Source of the DNA: Sphingomonadales bacterium
GTDB taxonomy: Bacteria; Pseudomonadota; Alphaproteobacteria; Sphingomonadales; Sphingomonadaceae
Assembly: GCA_037131365.1 (NCBI GenBank)
Contig: JBAXRE010000004.1
Coordinates: 71,508 to 135,507, forward strand
Direction of reading: 5' to 3'
DNA length: 64,000 nucleotides
Notes under the pieces: model-generated
Told to the model about the DNA's origin: nothing
Seen by the model: only the letters and a program-made list of their open reading frames with translations
Databases searched by the model: none
Part shown: piece by piece, positions 59,944 through 64,000 of the stretch
Position numbering within the stretch: the first letter of the stretch is position 1
How the letters are laid out: the number at the start of each line of letters is the position of its first letter
Position numbers and translations under genes: made by a program

Positions 59944-60615
59944 GTGACTCTCCCCCGCTCCATCCTGTTCGATCTTGACGGCACTTTGGTCGATACCGCG
60001 CCCGACCTGGCGGCGGCGATGAACCATGTGCTGGCCGCGCATGGCCGCCCGGCGGTGAGCATCGACAGCGTGCGCGGGCTGGTTGGCCATGGTGCCCGCG
60101 CCCTGATCGCGCGCGGGCTGGCGGCAACCGGTGCGGCGATGCCCGAGCTGGTCGAACCGTCCATGCCGTTGTTCCTGCAACATTATGCCGCCAACATCGC
60201 GGTGGGATCGCGGCCGTTTTCCGGTGTGGAAGCGGCGCTGGACGCGCTCAGCGCCGCCGGCTGCACGCTGGCCATCTGCACCAACAAGCCGACCCACCTG
60301 GCGCATGCGCTGGTCGATGCGCTGGGCTGGCAGGGCCGCTTTGCCGCCGTCATCGGCCAGACCAGCGTGCCGGCGCCCAAGCCGGATGCCGGCCACGTGT
60401 TCGCCACGCTGGCGGCGGCCGGCGGCGAAGCGGCGACCGCGGCCTTCGTTGGCGATTCGGCCACCGACGTGAACGCGGCCCGCAATGCCGGCCTGCCGGT
60501 GGTGGCGGTCAGCTTCGGCTACACCGACACGCCGGCCCGCCAGCTGGGTGCCGATGTCGTGATCGATCATTATGACGAACTGCTGCCGGCGCTGCGGGGC
60601 CTGCGGCCATGGTGA
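59944..60615 (+). CDS. gph: Phosphoglycolate phosphatase (HAD family)
   Basis: FDLDGTLVDT, CTNKP, PKPD, FVGDS..D...A.NAG. GTG start 59944. Confidence 0.88.
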   Translation: MTLPRSILFDLDGTLVDTAPDLAAAMNHVLAAHGRPAVSIDSVRGLVGHGARALIARGLAATGAAMPELVEPSMPLFLQHYAANIAVGSRPFSGVEAALDALSAAGCTLAICTNKPTHLAHALVDALGWQGRFAAVIGQTSVPAPKPDAGHVFATLAAAGGEAATAAFVGDSATDVNAARNAGLPVVAVSFGYTDTPARQLGADVVIDHYDELLPALRGLRPW

Positions 60616-61760
60616 CGTCGGTGGAAGTTGCGCTGCTGGCCTTTGCCATGCTGTGCATCGGCATCTTCATGGGCCGGGTCAGCGCGCCCGAGGCTGCACT
60701 GCCGCCGCCGCCCGCGCCGCCACAGCCGCCGCCGCCTCAGCCGCCCCCGCCGCCGGGTGACCGGATCGCCATTGCAAGCCTGAACGATGCCGTGCTGGTG
60801 ACCCGGGGGCCCTGGGTGGAAGCGGCCAACACCGCGGCGCGCAGCCTGCTGGGTGACCGTGTCGTCGGCAGCGATCTGCGCCTGACCGTGCGTCATCCGG
60901 CGCTGCTCGATGCCGTGGATGCGGTGACCGCCGGCCGCCCGGCCGATGAGCGGGAAATCACCGGCCTGGGCAGCGGCAACCGCAGTTTCCGGGTGCGCGC
61001 CGTTGGTGACGGCGATGGCCGCTGCCTGGTCATGCTCGACGACATCACCCAGGCCAAGGTGGCCGAGCGCCAGCGGGTGGATTTCGTTGCCAATGCCAGC
61101 CACGAGCTGCGCACGCCGCTCGCCACGCTCACCGGCTTCATCGAGACGCTGCAGGGCCCAGCCGCCGAAGACGAGCCGGCGCGACAGCGTTTCCTGGCCA
61201 TCATGGCCACCGAGGCCGACCGCATGCGCCGGCTGATCGATGATCTGATGAGCCTGTCGCGCATTGAGCTCGACAAATATATCCGGCCGACCCAGCCGCT
61301 CGATCTGAAGGGCATTGTGGCGGAGGTGGGCAGCACGCTCGCCATGCGGCTGGAGGCCGATCAGCGCCAGCTGGTCATCGACGAGCCGGCCGAATTGCCC
61401 CGGGTGATCGCCGATCGCGACCAGGTGCTGCAAGTGCTGCACAATCTGGTATCGAACGCGCTGAAATATGGCCGCAGCGGCACGCCGATCCGGGTGAGCC
61501 TGGCCCCGGCCGCCACCTCGCCGGGTGGCAGCGTGCGCGTGACGGTCGCCGACGAGGGCGAAGGCATCGCCGCGGAACATCTGCCGCGCCTGACCGAGCG
61601 CTTCTACCGGGTCGATTCGCAGCGCAGCCGCACCATGGGCGGCACCGGCCTGGGCCTGGCCATCGTCAAGCATATCGTCGAACGCCACCGTGGCCGGCTG
61701 GAAATCGAAAGCAAGCCGGGCGTCGGCACCACCGTGTCGTTCCTGCTTCCCATTGCCTGA
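60609..61760 (+). CDS. phoR: Phosphate regulon sensor histidine kinase
   Basis: FVANASHELRTPL H-box, NLVSNALKY, DEGEGI, RFYRVD..RSR..GGTGLGLAIVKHI. Directly upstream of pstS. Confidence 0.92.
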   Translation: MVTSVEVALLAFAMLCIGIFMGRVSAPEAALPPPPAPPQPPPPQPPPPPGDRIAIASLNDAVLVTRGPWVEAANTAARSLLGDRVVGSDLRLTVRHPALLDAVDAVTAGRPADEREITGLGSGNRSFRVRAVGDGDGRCLVMLDDITQAKVAERQRVDFVANASHELRTPLATLTGFIETLQGPAAEDEPARQRFLAIMATEADRMRRLIDDLMSLSRIELDKYIRPTQPLDLKGIVAEVGSTLAMRLEADQRQLVIDEPAELPRVIADRDQVLQVLHNLVSNALKYGRSGTPIRVSLAPAATSPGGSVRVTVADEGEGIAAEHLPRLTERFYRVDSQRSRTMGGTGLGLAIVKHIVERHRGRLEIESKPGVGTTVSFLLPIA

Positions 61761-61791
61761 CGGCGCTTCCGGTCGGCATCTCCGGTCGGCA

Positions 61792-61820
61792 ATGTCACAT
61801 ATCTGTCATTGAAGCGTCAT
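61792..61820 (+). promoter_or_regulatory. Pho box (three PhoB half-sites at 11-bp period)
   Basis: TGTCAC (61793), TGTCAT (61804) and CGTCAT (61815), about 95 nt upstream of pstS. Confidence 0.8.
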
Positions 61821-61912
61821 AAGTCACTCATGCAGCCGGATTAGGGACAAAACCTAGGGGCAAGCAGGGCGGCGGGGGCAACAGCCCGCCGGCAAACCCG
61901 CAAAGGACAAGG

Positions 61913-62971
61913 GTGACGGGATCGATGACAGTTCGGGCCGCGGTGGCGGCGGGCCTGGCCATATTGGCCGCGGGCACGCTCGTGGCGTGTTCGGGCGGTG
62001 GTCGCACGCAGATCCGCATCGTCGGATCGTCAACCGTCTATCCCTTCACCACTGCCGTTGCCGAACAGTTCAAGCGCAAGTGGCCGCAATTCCCGGCGCC
62101 GATCGTTGAATCGACCGGCACCGGCGGCGGCATCAAGCTGATGTGCGCCGGCCTTGGCGCCCAGTTCCCCGATGCTGCCAATGCCTCGCGCCGCATCAAG
62201 CGCAGCGAGCTCGACGATTGCGCCAGCCACGGCGTGAAGGGCCTGATCGAGATCCAGGTCGGCATCGATGGCCTGGTGATTGCCCAGGCGCGCCAGGCCA
62301 ATTTCCCCAGCTTGAGCGAACGCGATGTCTATCTGGCGCTGGCCGCCAATCCGTTCGGCAAGGGCCCGAACACGGCGCGCACCTGGAAGGATGTGAACCC
62401 GGCACTGCCCGCCATCAAGATCGAGGTGATCGGCCCGCCGCCGACATCGGGCACGCGTGACAGCTTCAACGAACTCTACATGCTCAAGGGCTGCAACAGC
62501 GAACCGGCGATGCAGGCCTTGAAGAAGAGCGACGAGGCCGCCCACAAGAAGATCTGCGAGCAGGTGCGTGAAGATGGTGCCTTTGTCGAAGGCGGCGAGA
62601 ACGACAATCTGATCGTGCAGAAGATCGCCGCCAACCCGCAGGCGCTGGGCGTGTTCGGCTTTTCCTTCGTGGAAGAAAATGGCGACCGGGTGAAGGATGT
62701 GCCGCTGTCCGGCGTCACCGCCAGCTATGCCAATATCGCCAGCGGCCAGTTCCCGGCCAGCCGCCCGCTGTTCCTTTATGTGAAGGTGCAGCACGTGCCG
62801 GCGGTGCGCGGCATGCGCGAGTTCCTGGCCGAATATGCCCGCGAATCGACCTGGGGTCGCAGCGGTTACCTGTCCCGCAAGGGGCTGGTCGCAGCGCCGG
62901 AGCCTGTCCGCCGCGCCGGCGAGGCGATTGCGCGCAATCTCACCCTGCTTGATGAAAGCACGATCAAATGA
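61913..62971 (+). CDS. pstS: Phosphate ABC transporter substrate-binding lipoprotein
   Basis: Lipobox LVAC, GSSTVYPF, ESTGTGGG, PPPTSGTRDSF, SRPLFLY. Confidence 0.95.
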   Translation: MTGSMTVRAAVAAGLAILAAGTLVACSGGGRTQIRIVGSSTVYPFTTAVAEQFKRKWPQFPAPIVESTGTGGGIKLMCAGLGAQFPDAANASRRIKRSELDDCASHGVKGLIEIQVGIDGLVIAQARQANFPSLSERDVYLALAANPFGKGPNTARTWKDVNPALPAIKIEVIGPPPTSGTRDSFNELYMLKGCNSEPAMQALKKSDEAAHKKICEQVREDGAFVEGGENDNLIVQKIAANPQALGVFGFSFVEENGDRVKDVPLSGVTASYANIASGQFPASRPLFLYVKVQHVPAVRGMREFLAEYARESTWGRSGYLSRKGLVAAPEPVRRAGEAIARNLTLLDESTIK

Positions 62972-64000
62972 GGATGCTGATCGCCTTTGCACTGGTGATC
63001 GGGTTGGCGGGGCTGGCCTATCTGACCGGTCGTGCCCGGGCGACGCGGCTGGTGGCAGCCTCTGGCGGCGGCATCGGTGCCGTTCATTCCCGCCCGGTCT
63101 ATCACGGTGCCTATGTGGCGGTGCTGGCGCTGGCGCCGGCGCTGCTGGTGCTGGGTGTGTGGGGCCTGATCGGCGAGCGTGTGATCGAAGGCCAGGTGCT
63201 GGGCAGCGTGGCAGCGGCCGAGCAGCCGGCATCGGCCAATGATGCGCAGGCGCTGATGAACGAGGTGCGCGGCCTGGTGCGGGGGGATCTGCCGCAGGCC
63301 TTCAACCCGCTCGCACCGCGGCTGGCACCGGTTTATGCGGCGGCCTCCGCCAATGGGGATATGCTGGCCGGTGCACTGGCCGTGGCGCTGCTGGCGATGG
63401 GGGCATCGTGGGGGCTGACCCGGCTGCGCCCGGATTTTCGGGCCCGCAACCGGGTGGAAACCCAGGTCCGCATCCTGCTGCTGCTGGCCTCGGCCGTGGC
63501 CATTCTCACCACCTTCGGCATCGTGCTGTCGCTGATCTTCGAATCGGTGCGCTTCTTTGAAATCGTGTCACCGGTTGAATTCCTCACCGGCCTGAAGTGG
63601 AGCCCGCAGACCGCAATCCGCGCCGATCAGGTCGGCTCCACCGGCGCGTTCGGGGCGGTGCCGCTGTTCTGGGGCACAATCTTCATCGGCGCCATCATCG
63701 CCATGGCTGTCGCCATCCCGCTTGGCCTGATGTCGGCCATCTATCTCACCCAATATGCCGATCAGCGCCTGCGCCGCTGGCTGAAGCCGATCCTGGAACT
63801 GCTCGCCGGGGTGCCCACTGTCGTCTATGGCTTCTTCGCCGCGCTCACCGTCGCGCCGCTGGTGCGCCAGTTGGCCGTGCTGCTGGGCATGAGCGATCCG
63901 TCGTCCGACAGCGCGCTGGCCGCTGGTCTGGTGATGGGGGTGATGATCATCCCCTTCGTTTCCTCCATGGCCGATGATGCGCTGGCGGCGGTGCCGCGGG
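62968..64000 (+). CDS. pstC: Phosphate ABC transporter permease, runs off the window (absent from the ORF track)
   Basis: Frame 1 from ATG 62968 (ATGA overlap): VHSRPVYHGAYV...WSPQTAIRADQVGSTGAFGAVPLFWGT...KPILELLAGVPTVVYGFFA. Confidence 0.93.
   Translation, partial: MRMLIAFALVIGLAGLAYLTGRARATRLVAASGGGIGAVHSRPVYHGAYVAVLALAPALLVLGVWGLIGERVIEGQVLGSVAAAEQPASANDAQALMNEVRGLVRGDLPQAFNPLAPRLAPVYAAASANGDMLAGALAVALLAMGASWGLTRLRPDFRARNRVETQVRILLLLASAVAILTTFGIVLSLIFESVRFFEIVSPVEFLTGLKWSPQTAIRADQVGSTGAFGAVPLFWGTIFIGAIIAMAVAIPLGLMSAIYLTQYADQRLRRWLKPILELLAGVPTVVYGFFAALTVAPLVRQLAVLLGMSDPSSDSALAAGLVMGVMIIPFVSSMADDALAAVPR

Overview
High-GC alphaproteobacterial chromosome segment. The gene set and repeat families look sphingomonad (inference). 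It is mostly housekeeping: pyrC, fused indolepyruvate oxidoreductase, fhs, cydAB, tRNA-Leu-tig-clpP-clpX, ettA, class I fumarase, class Ia nrdAB, an RND pump, metZ-apaG, parE, glnB-glnA, msrA, glmSU and gph-phoR-pstS-pstC. No integrase, transposase, CRISPR array or phage structural gene was seen. The most unusual feature is a nitrogen-assimilation module at about 45.8-53.3 kb. A 1,710-bp direct repeat (46075-47784 = 51447-53156, offset 5,372) holds almost all of glnA, the glnB-glnA spacer and the 3' two-thirds of glnB. It brackets a divergent amtB and an outer-membrane beta-barrel gene. The two copies looked identical wherever I compared them, yet both ends diverge abruptly: they have different PII N-termini and promoters, different last glnA codons, and terminators with compensatory base changes. 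This suggests an integrated or duplicated, homogenised and potentially amplifiable or excisable N-scavenging unit, though an assembly collapse must be excluded. Other notable items: a candidate anti-Shine-Dalgarno sRNA next to parE, a 249-bp MITE-like element with 50-bp inverted ends, a palindromic repeat read in frame inside a CDS, an orphan CI/Cro-like switch with an operator palindrome, an unlisted 37-aa cydAB-linked ORF, tandem NrdR boxes and a triple Pho box. Many start codons were re-picked from the ORF track. All family names come from motif recognition, not database searches.
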